60,000 nt of DNA, taken from contig NC_045696.1 of assembly GCF_009834535.1 (NCBI RefSeq), positions 68,016,001 to 68,076,000 of the forward strand, in the 5' to 3' direction. Each line of letters opens with the position of its first letter. Position 1 is the first letter of the stretch. This DNA is from Camelus ferus (Eukaryota). A program made the position numbers and the translations under genes. This document shows positions 12,135-23,650 of the stretch, one piece after another. The notes under the pieces were generated by a model that was not told where the DNA came from, did no database searches, and saw only the letters and a list, made by a program, of their open reading frames with translations.

Positions 12135-12252
12135 GGGGGAGGGTAAAGCTCAGTGGTAGAGTGCGTGCTAGCATGCACGAAGTCCTGGGTTCAATCCCCA
12201 GTACCTCCATTAAAAATATATTTTTAATTTAATATTTAATAATATATATTTG

Positions 12253-12300
<48 letters not shown>

Positions 12301-12383
12301 AATGAATAAGTAAACAAACCTAATTACTTACCCCTCAAAAAAAAAAAAAACACACTGTCAAAGAAAATTTTAAATCCTCTTAA
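12135..12383 (+). mobile_element. Vic-1-like camelid tRNA-Ala-derived SINE, long-tail form with internal (TA)n
   Basis: gggggagggtaaagctcagtggtagagtgcgtgctagcatgcacgaagtcctgggttcaatccccagtacctcc (A and B boxes); tail aaacctaattac...A-rich; TSD core agtgacagg at 12119-12127 and 12387-12395. Confidence 0.85.
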
Positions 12384-13394
12384 AAAAGTGACAGGCAACA
12401 AAAGGGCAAGGATCACACCAAAAGGATACAGGAATTAACTGGATTGCAAAGACAGATCATAAGAAATTAAGAAAGAAAGGAAGAGAGAAAGAAACCATTT
12501 CACAACTCTTTGCCCACAAGTTTCTCAAAGAGCCCTCCCAGACCCTGCCTTCTGCAACACCGCCCCGCAACCCCGGAGGTTTGCTCTCCCTTTCAATGGC
12601 CCCAACTCATACAGTGTTTCTCCTAAGATCCAACAGCAAAGGTGGGAGAGGACTGCCAATTTCTTGTGAATCCTGAACATTTCCTTTATGAGTCATGGGA
12701 AACTGAAATAACTCGAAGGGGCGGGGGTGACTAGAAAGAAACACAGTTTTAAATCAGTTCCCACTAATTTGTTCTGCTGTGTGTGGTATAAGTCCTAAAC
12801 GTCAGAAAAATTAAGTTTCTAGAGTTGACGCAGAAATGGGAGTTTTTTGTTAGGTTCTGTCGATTGTCACCGTGGCATTTCTTATTAGAATTTTTCTTAC
12901 TGTCATTTTTGTTTTGTTAAATTAATTATAGTTTGATCGGTGTAGGAGCTATTTTGAATCCATGGGACTTTCCTCACCAGATTGTTTTGGCATTTTAAAG
13001 TCACTCGCATTCACGGCCTGAACAATATGGCAAGTATCTCTTTTTCTCTCTCCTTTATACTCAAATTCTAAACAAAGGAACCATCTGTTCTTTCTCTAAA
13101 AACATCAGCCCTTGTTTTCATTTTCCCCTTAATAATAATGCCTCAAACTTATAGCATGTCTTTTTCCAACTTGCTTATTAAAGCATTTTGTAGATACTGC
13201 CTCATTCATCTTCAGCATCACCTCCGATAAACTGGGGAGAAAGAGGAAATGTTTGCCAATTTTTAGTTAGATAAGCGACTGTTGGAGGTTTCATGAATTT
13301 TGCGTATAAGCCTCAGATGGGACCGTGACCATCACCTGCCCAGCCCTGGCTCTTCCATAGCTACGACGGAGGCCCAGAAAGGAGAAGTCACTTT

Positions 13395-13530
13395 GTGATC
13401 TATTTGTGTACTTGGTCCTCTACCCTTGACTGTAAATAGCCAAGGTAAGAACTGTGTCTTACACATTTTTGTATCTCAGGTAACTGATGTGTAAAACGTG
13501 CTCATTTAAATTTTTGTTGAATAAATGAAA
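13395..13530 (+). mobile_element. L2 3' end
   Basis: gactgtaaa...aagaactgtgtctta...tttttgtatctc...tttgttgaataaatgaa. Confidence 0.6.
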
Positions 13531-15345
13531 ATTTTGAGGGTAGTTCTGCAGGTGGTTGCGGCAGAGCAGAGGTCAGAGCTCAGCTCAGCCGCCCTCTTAC
13601 TTAGTGTTATTTTTAATAATAACATATAGACCTAAATGCAAGAAGAATCAAATAGAGACATCACCAAACAGGAGTTGGTGGGGCAGGGGCGTAAGACACA
13701 GGTCTGTGTCTAGACGTAAGAAATGGGTTGAACAAATCCAGGACACATCAAGTTTGGCCGCTGGCGATGCTCAAACGTAACCTGTGTTCAGGCTGACTCT
13801 TCAAACGCTGTGCATTCCTTCTGTGCTCCACATACTTGGGGCTTTGGTGGAACTATTCCTTAAACATGACCCAACTGGAAGAAATGATGTGTCAGTGCCA
13901 AAGGACAGCAGGTCTCCATAACACCCCCGAGCCCAGTGAGAGAGCATCATCCATCCTGAGATGTCCCCTCATCCCTCATGTAACCCGAGAGCACTCAGTC
14001 TTGGCGTCACGAAATCCACCAGCCCAGAGTTTTCCAATGAGCAGAGAGGTCACTGAAATAAAATCCTTTTTTCCATGAGCCTTGCTGGAAATCAGCAACT
14101 CATTTGGCACATTTTTCTTATTTTCAGAACGCCCTATTCCCCACTGCTACTCCTTGAAGCTAAAGAAAAATAGTTTCGAACAAAGCAAGTAAAATGTGGG
14201 ATTCTCTCATCCGAATTGCTTCTATACTAGTAGTTCTACGAAATCAACAACTCCCTAAAGAGTCCTCAAAAGCAGATTGTCTATAGAAAGCTGGAGGTCC
14301 AAGGAGAGGAGGAAAAATACTTTTTTTTAAGTAAAACAAAAAAGAAAAACCACAGAGCCAAAGAGAATTCAAGTCAATTATAATGTGGTCTCACAAAGTG
14401 AATTCGTTTGAGACATCAACAGGAAACAAATGAGTGACTAAATACAAACAAATCAACATAAAAGAACCTTTAAACAACTCGGGTGATTTTTTTTCTCAAC
14501 GGGAGATGTGGATACGTGTGGTGGGGGGGCGCAGGGGGGAGGGGAGAAAGACACGGGAATATGGACGGAGCCACTTCGGCCCCTAACATACTTTGTGTGA
14601 ACGGGCCCAGAGGCTGTGGGAGGTGTCCAGATTGTCCAGCGCACAGTGGGAAGCATTTACATCAAGCCACGCAGTATCAGCAGGAGAAAAAGGCAGCGAG
14701 TACTCCGGGGCGGGCAGCTGCAGAGAGGGCCCCTGCACGGAGCAGACACAGCAGGCTGAATGCACGCTCTATCAATAGTCCTGCCCTTGCGCACCACGCT
14801 GGGCTCCTAGGGGCCTTCAGGGTCAAGGCTGTCCCCAGAACCATTCATCATTCCTGCAGCCACCATCCGTTCACCCTCTCTCAACACATTCTGACAGGTC
14901 TGCCCTTTACATACAGACGGACCTTCCTACTCTCCGGCTACCTCCAAAAACATCGACTTGGACTTTGCATACATCCCCCATAATCCAGTATTCAAGGGTT
15001 TAACATTTAAAAGTGAAAGGGTCCTATACTAAGGCACAAGTAAAAAAATCCTCAAGACATTACTTAACTGGCCTTCACCTCCAAACCTAGCTTTTTCAGA
15101 GGATCATTTGGAAGCTGGCCGTTGGGGAGGTCGGTTAAGCGTTCATATGATACCTGAGTAGCTGTTTGTCGCGTCTGCAAGAACAGAGAAGACCTGTCCT
15201 TGGAACTCTCACAGCCCTTGACAATCTTCTCCTGCCAAAACCACGTCTGAGAAGGCAGATGCTTCCTCTCACGTAAGCAGCCCTACTGGCTAACTAGTCA
15301 ATATGATTTGATAGTAATGATTGGTACTTCTTCAAATAAAAGTTT

Positions 15346-15442
15346 TGGGTGGGGATATAGCTCAGTGGTAGAGCGCATGCTTGGTGTGCATGAGGTCCTG
15401 GGTTCCATCCCCAGTGCCTCTGTTAAGGGGGAAAAAAAACAA
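15346..15442 (+). mobile_element. Vic-1-like SINE, short form, perfect TSD
   Basis: ggggatatagctcagtggtagagcgcatgcttggtgtgcatgaggtcctgggttccatccccagtgcctc plus A tail; ttcaaataaaagttt at 15331-15345 and 15443-15457. Confidence 0.9.
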
Positions 15443-15524
15443 TTCAAATAAAAGTTTCTATCAAAGAGTGTTGCTGGCTTAATACTCTAAGTACTCAGTT
15501 AAAGGTGGATGATTGAGGCCAAGG

Positions 15525-15612
15525 CTCTCAACCACTCTGGACATCAGTTTCCTTTTCTACAAAATAAAGCAGTCCAATTCAATAAGCTTTAGGCTTCCAT
15601 CTGACTCAGACA
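15525..15612 (+). mobile_element. MIR3-like fragment
   Basis: aaccactctggacatcagtttccttttctacaaaataaag. Confidence 0.55.
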
Positions 15613-15684
15613 CCCTGCGCCTAATTATTTAGTTCCTACTGCCAAGTGGGCTGCCCTCTGCGTCTTAGTTTGGTCATCTCCATC

Positions 15685-15700
15685 CTCTCTCTCTCTCTCT

Positions 15701-15741
<41 letters not shown>
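15685..15741. repeat. Compound (CT)8 g (AC)~20 microsatellite
   Basis: Direct reading. Confidence 0.95.
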
Positions 15742-15744
<3 letters not shown>

Positions 15745-16009
15745 CACCCCAATATCCCTCCTATCCAAGCCACAACCTTGTTATTTAGACAAGCTTCAAG
15801 CAATTCCTACCCACATTCTCCATCACTGCTTCTCTGCTCAAGATTTGGTACCAAGAGGAATTTTTAACTAGTTTATGAGCAAAACAATAGGACATATGGC
15901 CACCATTTACACACAGACCTCACCTTGAGATGAGATCCTCGTGGGCTCCAGCAGTCTCTTCAGCCCCCCACAGAGAGGCAGTCACCTGCCAGGACTCCAG
16001 CTGGCCAAT

Positions 16010-16145
16010 CCAATCTCCGCCTCTTACTCTCTGACACCTTGAGCAAGTCATGTTACCTCTCCGGGCCTCAGTTTCCCTAACTGTAAAGTGAGGCATTCAA
16101 GATACAATAAATGCCAAAGTATCTACCAATTCTGTCATCCTGCTC
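16010..16145 (+). mobile_element. MIR fragment
   Basis: accttgagcaagtcatgttacctctccgggcctcagtttccctaactgtaaagtg. Confidence 0.8.
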
Positions 16146-17149
16146 TAGAGGTCTGAAATGTCATTAGACATCAAAGCAGACACCCTCCAAAGTCCTCCCT
16201 CTGGTACTGGTGTCTACCTACGGGCCCCCAGATAGATGGAGGTGACTGTTTGCATGATCTTGCACAATAAGTAATATTAGCTCATGGATGGGGGCAAATA
16301 CTTCTAATTTGTGTTTGTTTATTTGTTTATTTCCAGGCTAAAGAAGTTGTAGGCACCACCTGCCAAGGGCCTTTGGAGATTCCATAATGACTTTTTTTTT
16401 TTAAACAATGGGCCAGAAGTTCAGAAACTAAAAAGGTGAAATTTGTAACCACACAGTAAAAATACGGAGACTGAAATATTGAGAAAATGATTTAGGGTAA
16501 AGAATGCCACATGCCTCTTGAAAAATTTTTTTTAATTTGTATACAACAATGATATTAAGAAAGTACCATAAAATAAAAATAAACGTGAGCGCAGAAAGGA
16601 CTGATTTGCCTAGGACCCCTTTCAGCCAGGTCATCAGCACGGACAGCAAAGCCCGTGGTATACTCGTGTTTCTATTTGTTGCCCTCAACTGACATGGTTG
16701 GTCGTTTGTTTTGTTTTAAATAAAATGGGGAAGCAACAAATATATTAAATCCATCTGCAAAAAACCCCTATTTGCATGTGGAAAACAAATAAGTGGGTGC
16801 CTGAATGGGTGATTAGGCATGCAATTGCCCATCTGCACCCAGGGCCTCAGCCTCCCTGCAGGTGCGCCCGACGCAGGAGTAGAGACTCGGAAAGGAGGGT
16901 CCTCCGCCCGGGAGAGTGATAGCCAGGAGGGAAACCAGTATCTCCACAGCTGGCCTTGTCCTGAGCTGCCCCCTGGCACTTGCCCAGCTCTGCATCCACT
17001 GCCCCTGTATCTTGAAGCTGAGAACCAGAAATAACTTTTGTCTTAGATTTCTGTGGACTCTTTAAATTACAAAGGCAAGTTTTCTGCTGAGCACCTTCAC
17101 CGTGTGCTTAACAAACATTTGTTCTTGCAGCTATTTTGATGACAATGGG

Positions 17150-17610
17150 TGACCTCTTCTGCGCTTCCCCCCACAGCCACTCCACTCCAGCCACACTGGG
17201 CTCCTCGCTTGTCTGGAATGTGTCAAGTATGCATGGTTCAGCCTCAGGGCCTTTGGAGTTGCTTTCTTTCTGTCTGAAACACCCTTCCTCCCTTCGTCTC
17301 CAGCTTACTGCTGCCTCACTGCATTCAGCTCCCTGCTCCTGGGTACTCTTATCAGTAAGACCTTCTCGGACCAACGAATTTTAAATCTTGGTCCTCCCCT
17401 CCTCCATACCTCAGTACCTTAACCTGCTTTATTTTTCTTCTGAAAAGAGATCACAACCTAAATATTGTATTATTTACTCACTGATTTGTATGTTGTCTGT
17501 CTCCATCAAATAGAAGGTTTGTCTGATTTTGTTCACAGTTCTATTCCCTGCACCTGGAATAGTGTTAGCACATAGTAGGTGCTTAATACACAGTTGTTAT
17601 GCTAATGAGT
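17150..17610 (+). mobile_element. L2 (L2a-like) 3' end
   Basis: ctccagccacactgggctcct...gcctcagggcctttg...cacctggaatagtgttagcacatagtaggtgcttaata. Confidence 0.85.
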
Positions 17611-17624
17611 CATCATCATTATTT

Positions 17625-17805
17625 GCAAACCACTTCACTGGGCTCCACAGGTCCTCTTTGTAGAGTAAGACGGGACTTATGCTCTTAAGAAGCTTCTATG
17701 AACTGAACTAGTAGAGAAGGAAGACTGGAAATCTGCTTACATAGCAAAGTGGCATGAATGCTCTACTGGAGGTATAAACAAAGCACTCTGATAGTACAGA
17801 AAAAG
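17625..17805 (-). mobile_element. L2 fragment
   Basis: gctcttaagaagctt...aatgctctactggaggtataaacaaagcactctg...acagaaaaag. Confidence 0.5.
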
Positions 17806-18129
17806 TAAACCATTGACATTGGACACAGGAGTCGGCGGGGAGCAGATTGAAGGAGGCCAGTAGAACAGAATTCTCTGCAACTATCAGGAAAAGCAGCACA
17901 AAAATCATCCTCAAAAATACATGCAGTACAAACATGTACTAAGCCATCCTCAGTTAGCCTCCTTCCTTCATCAATCATGCTAAGTGAAACAAAAGATGGC
18001 CCGAGGTTAAGTCAGCATTTCTGTGTGCCAAGACCATGGAGAAAGGAAGAATTGCTTTCCTTCATAAAGCCTTCTCTTTAAAATGGAAATTATTTAATTT
18101 GCACATGAAACGTGTCTTCAGAAAATTCC

Positions 18130-18500
18130 AGGCTCTCAGGACAGAGAGAATCTTAAAGGGCATCCCATCCAGCTTCTGATGGTGAGGACCCATCAGTACC
18201 AGCCTCCACCTGATACTCACAGTGATGGGGAACTACTAACCCCAGAAAAGGCCCATGGCACTGTGGTCTGCTCTTTTAATATTAGAAAGTTCTTCCTTAC
18301 ACTGTTCTTCTGTTGCTTCCACCCACTGCTCCCAGAACTCCTTGTGGGGTCACAAAGAGCGAGTTCGTGTCCTCTTCCATGGCAGAGTCCTGCTCTGCTC
18401 CCTCCTCCATCCCCCTTCTCTGTTCTTCACACTAACCACTTCCAGTTCCTTCTTTCACCCCTCAGAGGCTCTGGTTTCTGGTGCCATCAGCCATCCTAAA
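18130..18500 (-). mobile_element. L3/CR1 LINE 3' ORF2 remnant
   Basis: cagtgatggggaactacta...attagaaagttcttcctta (minus strand reads RKNFL, the CR1 ORF2 C-terminal motif)...ttccacccactg...ccagttccttc. Confidence 0.75.
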
Positions 18501-18959
18501 CTTCCCCCCTTCCTTTCCCTCCTCCCTCTCTCTCTCACACTGTTCCAGGCCCTTTTATGGAGCTGACCTAGTGTTCATGAAATTTAGCATTCTGCAGAGG
18601 GCTGAGCATTTGGTCTGGGGTCGGGGAGAGGGGGACAGAGGATCCTAAGGAACTTGGGTTAACCCTGGGAGCCCTAACCCAGGGGGACCCTGGCAGAGTA
18701 ACTGAACTTTCTGACCTTGTCCTCCAAATGCCATCTTTGACACTGATTAGAATCATGCAGACATTATAATTCTTTGGAAGCAAAGAAGGTGAAGAATCTT
18801 TCTTGACCCTACACCACCCCAAGGACACACAGAATCTGGGGGGTCTTGAGTCTCCAATAAACCATGGCCCCTCTCATCCTGTTGATCCCAGCTTCTCAAC
18901 TCCCATGGGCAGCCTGTGCGAATACAAGATGAGATTGAATAGGCAGTTTTCAAGCATCT

Positions 18960-19030
18960 CTAGACCTGAGAACTGGATTCTCGCCACTACTCACCTGTGT
19001 GACTTTGGGCAAGACACTTGAAGTCCACAA
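18960..19030 (+). mobile_element. MIR fragment
   Basis: gccactactcacctgtgtgactttgggcaagacacttgaa. Confidence 0.7.
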
Positions 19031-19269
19031 ATCAAAGCATCCCAGAAGGTAAAACAAAAAGAGATTTCTAAATCATCCAGTCCAAAAATTGCACAGGGAC
19101 TTCTTGTATACCTCTACCCTCCCTCCCCTTGCCACAGCCACAGCAGATACTGCTAAAGTATCACAAAACTCCTTCCTTCCCAGTCAGGATACAGCTTCAG
19201 GACCCTTCTCAATACCGCTCCTCAAGGAGCCACTACCAATCCACCATGTGGCCACAGGAAACAAAATCC

Positions 19270-19365
19270 AAACTCCTCATTCTTTAGATGAGGAAAACTG
19301 AAGCTCAGAGACTGACACGACCTCCCCAGGTTTCAGTGTCAGAAGCAGAACCAGAACTACAAAGG
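19270..19365 (-). mobile_element. MIR fragment
   Basis: ctcattctttagatgaggaaaactgaagctcagaga. Confidence 0.7.
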
Positions 19366-20649
19366 CCCCTTCCCCCATATCTCGAGTCCCTTCGCCTCTT
19401 CTGATACTCTGTCAGCGTTCCTTGCAAGGAGGGTGGGGAGCTTGCTGTATTAAGTTCTGTAAGGATTGCAGATAAAGGGTTTCTAAGTAAGAGGCAGAAG
19501 CTTCAGGGAAGGCTTAGAGGAAAAGGCGCATTCAAGCTGGCCTGAAGAAGTCTGCTCTCTGTGGGAACCAGTGTGCTAGGTCTGCCTTTAGCAGAAGAAA
19601 ATTCAGCACTAAGGAAGCATTTCCTGCAGCAGGAGGAGAATAAGCAAAGGAAGAGTGAGGCCCGTGGTATGCAGAGAGGAGCCCGTGGGCTCCTGAGCAG
19701 AGTAGGGGCCGAAACAGAGGCCAGGGAGAGCAGTGGGGCAGAGGGGCGAGGATGATGACAAGACAAGACTAGAAGAGTCAACCAAGAGACTTTGCGGTGT
19801 TTTAAAAGCTGACTTTTTTAATTGACTTGAAGGCCTTAAGATTCACAAATGGGAACAGGATAAGAAAGGAGTGAAGAGAAAGAAAAGAATTTATCTCCAT
19901 TCTCAATGTGGGGAGAAAAAAAGCCTTGCTCTAAACTGTATTACAGGAACACTTTCATTATGTAAAAGCCTATTCTGTTTTCATGTCATTCTTAGATTAC
20001 ATCATGGGATGGCTGCAGCCGTCTCGTACCATATTATAAATAAATCACCAGCTTAATCATAGAATGAGCCAGGGCCCTAGATTTACAAGGAAAATATTAG
20101 ATCATTTTTAATAACTGATATAACTCAAGCCAGTCGCCACTGAAGCAGGGGGAGGTGATGTCATCCTAAAGGAGTCCAAAGAGGAACCGGGGAGGGTCAG
20201 GCCTGGGCAGCCCCAGAGCAGCTTCCATTTACAAATGAAGAGGTGGTTGATGGCGGCCAGGTGGGGCTCAGCCTCTGGACCAGACAGACTCGTCAATGAA
20301 AACCAACACTCACTTTCCAATAGACCTTCCTCATGAAACACTGGGTATGAAAATTCTGTTCCCAGAACGACTGTTTCTAAATACCAGAAAACATCACCAT
20401 ATTATGATGTCTGTGTTTATGTCCTGGGAGCCATCGAGCGAAATTATAAATGTTAAGGCTTCTCGTTATTCAGGAAAAGATGGAATCAGGGGTGACAGAG
20501 GCAAATGCTGCAGGGCTGGTCCAAGCCGAGGGGACAGTGCAAAGTGGGGACATTGAGATAACGGCCCAACAAAGACAAGAACCGAGGGTGGTTTCTAGCA
20601 GTTACAGACTGTTAAGGAGGTTGGAAACCAACGTTTAATTGGCACCAAC

Positions 20650-20826
20650 TCTACACTAAGTACCACATTCAACTGGCACTTTATATTATGCTGCTTTGTG
20701 AGCACAAAAGAGTCTCTGAAGTAGGCGCTCCTTGCACCATTTTTTTCAGATATGGAAACCAGTTTTAAAAATGATTCAGTGACTTAAGACAGATTACACA
20801 GCTAATATATGAGTCTTCCTACTCCA
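20650..20826 (-). mobile_element. MIR fragment
   Basis: ctctgaagtagg...ccattttttcagatatggaaac...gtgacttaagacagattacacagctaat. Confidence 0.6.
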
Positions 20827-22559
20827 ACTGGATTGACCTCATTGCCTTCACCCAATGAAAAGTTATTTCCTACTATGGACTTTCAATAGAAGTTAAATAA
20901 TGGATAAGAAACACTTTGAAAGCACCAAAAGTATTTTAAAAAGAAAAAAATAATGGAAAGCCAAAAGGGGCCATGGAGTGGGGAGTAGGATTAACACTCT
21001 GGCCGGTGACAGTCTCAGTGACCATAGCTGACTTTCCTTATTTTGTCTGCAGGGCTCCTAATGAGCTTGACCATCATTTTAAGTCTCCCATTTCCATTAA
21101 TTTTTTAAGACTGTGAAGGTGGGCTCTAAGAGGAACCTGTCATCTTTTATAAAATGTACTGCCGAGCTTGGTTTTAGAAAAAGACTATTTTGGTGGGGGA
21201 AGGAGACGGATGCTCTGGAAAAGGGCTTTCTGCCAGACAGAAAGTATTGGCTGAGGTTCTCTGTCTGATCCTGTCAGTCTCACAGTAATGTTGTGTATCG
21301 GCTCACTGTTCTTAACACAAATGTTATTCATAACTGCAGAGACACACTGTCTAACCCAAGTAATACTGATTTATGCAACTTTTCAGGACACAGCATGACT
21401 CAACAGGAGATGGAGACCCTGAAATTTAACTAAAGGGACAACATCTAGGCTCCAGGCTCCAAATTTTGACCTATTTTCCCCAATCTCTTTCTGGAACAGG
21501 ATAGAGGTTGCAAACAGCAGAGAAAACATGCCTACAAGTTGTGTGGACTGATTCATAGGCAAAGACTATGCAGAGAAGTGGAGGGAAAAGTGCTGGGTCA
21601 GAGCCAAAGGTGCCTGTGTGGAAGTCAAGAAATGGAAGAATGTGGAATTAAAAGGAGGAAAGCAAAAAAGAAAAAGAGAGATCACTCCCCCTTTTACTTT
21701 CATGGACAGCAAACACCTCCAACAACACATCCCTAGGTTACAGAGGAGTCACCAAGCCTCCAGAGGCTGGAGGGGTCCCTGCTCAGACCCAGCAAACCCT
21801 GTCAGAACTTTTGAAGCAATAACATAAAAGCAATGAAAGCTGGCTATGCAGATGGTCACATATGCCCAGAAAACACCTGGCTGACTGACTGTAGGAAGCC
21901 TTCACCTCTGACGGAAGTGACCAATGCTTTGCTTCCGGCAGAGACTAATGCCTGATTCTTCTCAAGACAAAAGAGGAAATATTAAAACTGAAAGCCCTTG
22001 GCTGCCATCAATAATTGTATTCTAGTATCAACAGAGGAAAATAATTTCCTTCCTGACTCCCACTGGGCCAGCCACGCCTAGAGTAGAAGGTGTGACTATC
22101 TAATCAAACAAAGCAAGACCCAAATGGCTAGACTGGAACTTCCAGGGAATTTCTCAGGCATTAAGACTTCGAATCTACCTTCCTTCCTCCACCTCCTGCT
22201 TCCTAGAGCAAAAAAATATATATATAGATATATATTTCATAACATATATATCTATATATATAAAATAATAAGGACACACAGTGTCATTTCAACTTCAGCC
22301 ATCATCATTAAGCCAGGTACCAGATGTAACTCCTTTCCAAGACTGAGGACAAGTTAGCGCCCATCCAGCCCTGGTGACGACGGGGGTGCAGAGTTGGAAG
22401 GAAGGACACACACTGGGCACATACCTGCACAGCCCACTGTCTTACGTTCCTTCAGAGTCATGATCAATATTTTTCTTTATAATCAAGATCTTGTTTTTCC
22501 TTATACTCTTTATATTCAAGCTAAAGGAGAAAACAACTATAATGACCTATCATGGATGG

Positions 22560-22735
22560 ACCACACTTTATAGTTTGCAAAACAGGTTGCCATCTATCAA
22601 CCCACTTGCTCTACAGAACACGAGAGGTTGGCAGGACAACGACTATTATTCCTAACCCTCGGGTCAGGCAACTGGAGGTGAAGGGATGTTGCTTGTCGAG
22701 GGCTGCACATCTAATAACCGGCAGGCCTTCGGATA
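22560..22735 (-). mobile_element. MIR (MIRc-like) fragment
   Basis: cactttatagtttgcaaaac...ctattattcc...aactggagg...gcttgtcgagggctgcacatctaataa. Confidence 0.55.
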
Positions 22736-22889
22736 CCCCATCCCACCACACTTGCTGCCTTTTTCCGCGCTCACAAACTTCTTAAGCCATACTGGTCCCC
22801 AAAGCCTATTTCTGTCAAGTCATTTGTTTCTTTCTCATAAAACCATGCAGTCCCGCCTGATCTGTGCTGGAATTCCTAAAGCTTTCCAA

Positions 22890-23125
22890 CAGAGAATTGG
22901 CCAGTGCCTGATACAACACCCTCAGGAAAAGGGACAGTCACTACCTTTGGATTTATTCTTTCTATCCCTGAAAATGCACTCTGCACCTACAAGGTGCCAG
23001 AGGTCCCACTGGCCTGTGTGGATACACACAGGAGCAGGTTAATCCCTCTTCTGACCACATTTTATATATTTTATATTCTTAAAGACCACTGTCATGTGTG
23101 CCCTGCATCCTGCCTTTTACAGGTC
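22890..23125 (-). mobile_element. L3/CR1 remnant
   Basis: gggacagtcactacct...ttaatccctcttc...ttaaagaccactgtcatgtg; same L3 segment as at 18.1-18.5 kb. Confidence 0.5.
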
Positions 23126-23369
23126 TCGTTCCTGTAATGGTTCCTGGTGGGATGTGTTTCCGGTCCTCTCAGCATCCTTGTGTGGAGAGGCCAGTTGGCT
23201 CCTGTCCCTTTCAGAGGATAAGGCAAGGACGAAAGCCCAGCACCCTAGGAGAGCTCTGAGAGGAGGGTCAAAAGCAGGTTCGTAGTTGTCCATGAAGCAT
23301 GAGTCCTCTCTCTGCCTCCTAACAGCACCCAGAGTCTTTTGAGGGACTACTTATTGTCCACTACACAGT

Positions 23370-23650
23370 GGACAAGCTGCCAGGTGACGGCAGGCAGCTT
23401 CTTATGATTACGAGGGAAAGCATCCTGAGGATGAAGCCAACACACACACACACATACAGGAGACGGCAGAGCAAGGAGCGCCGCACAGAATCAGAGTCCA
23501 AGTCCTGCTCAAACCAGACCCACCTCACCTCTGGGCTCGCCGGGCTCCGGCAGCGTCACTCACCCACGCTGTTCCCTCCATCACGCAGTCTGAGGCCACA
23601 TCCACATTTTAGAAGACAAAGGCCACTGCTGGCTCATAATCCCCTTACGG
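23370..23650 (+). mobile_element. MLT1 (MaLR) LTR remnant, MLT1J/K-like; may extend left to ~23130
   Basis: gcagcttcttatgattacgagggaaagcatcctgaggatgaagccaacac...ggcagagcaaggag...cacctctgg. Confidence 0.6.

Noticed and set aside
12135..12210. tRNA-Ala gene call (also at 15346, 53345 and 58470)
   Set aside because: tRNA-like heads are followed by A-rich tails, two copies have TSDs, and stems are broken; these are SINEs, not tRNA genes
23354..23375. Perfect 9-bp hairpin ttgtccact-acac-agtggacaa (similar short stems at ~1657-1688, 31832-31847 and 44371-44388)
   Set aside because: Too short for a pre-miRNA; a few such stems are expected by chance in 60 kb
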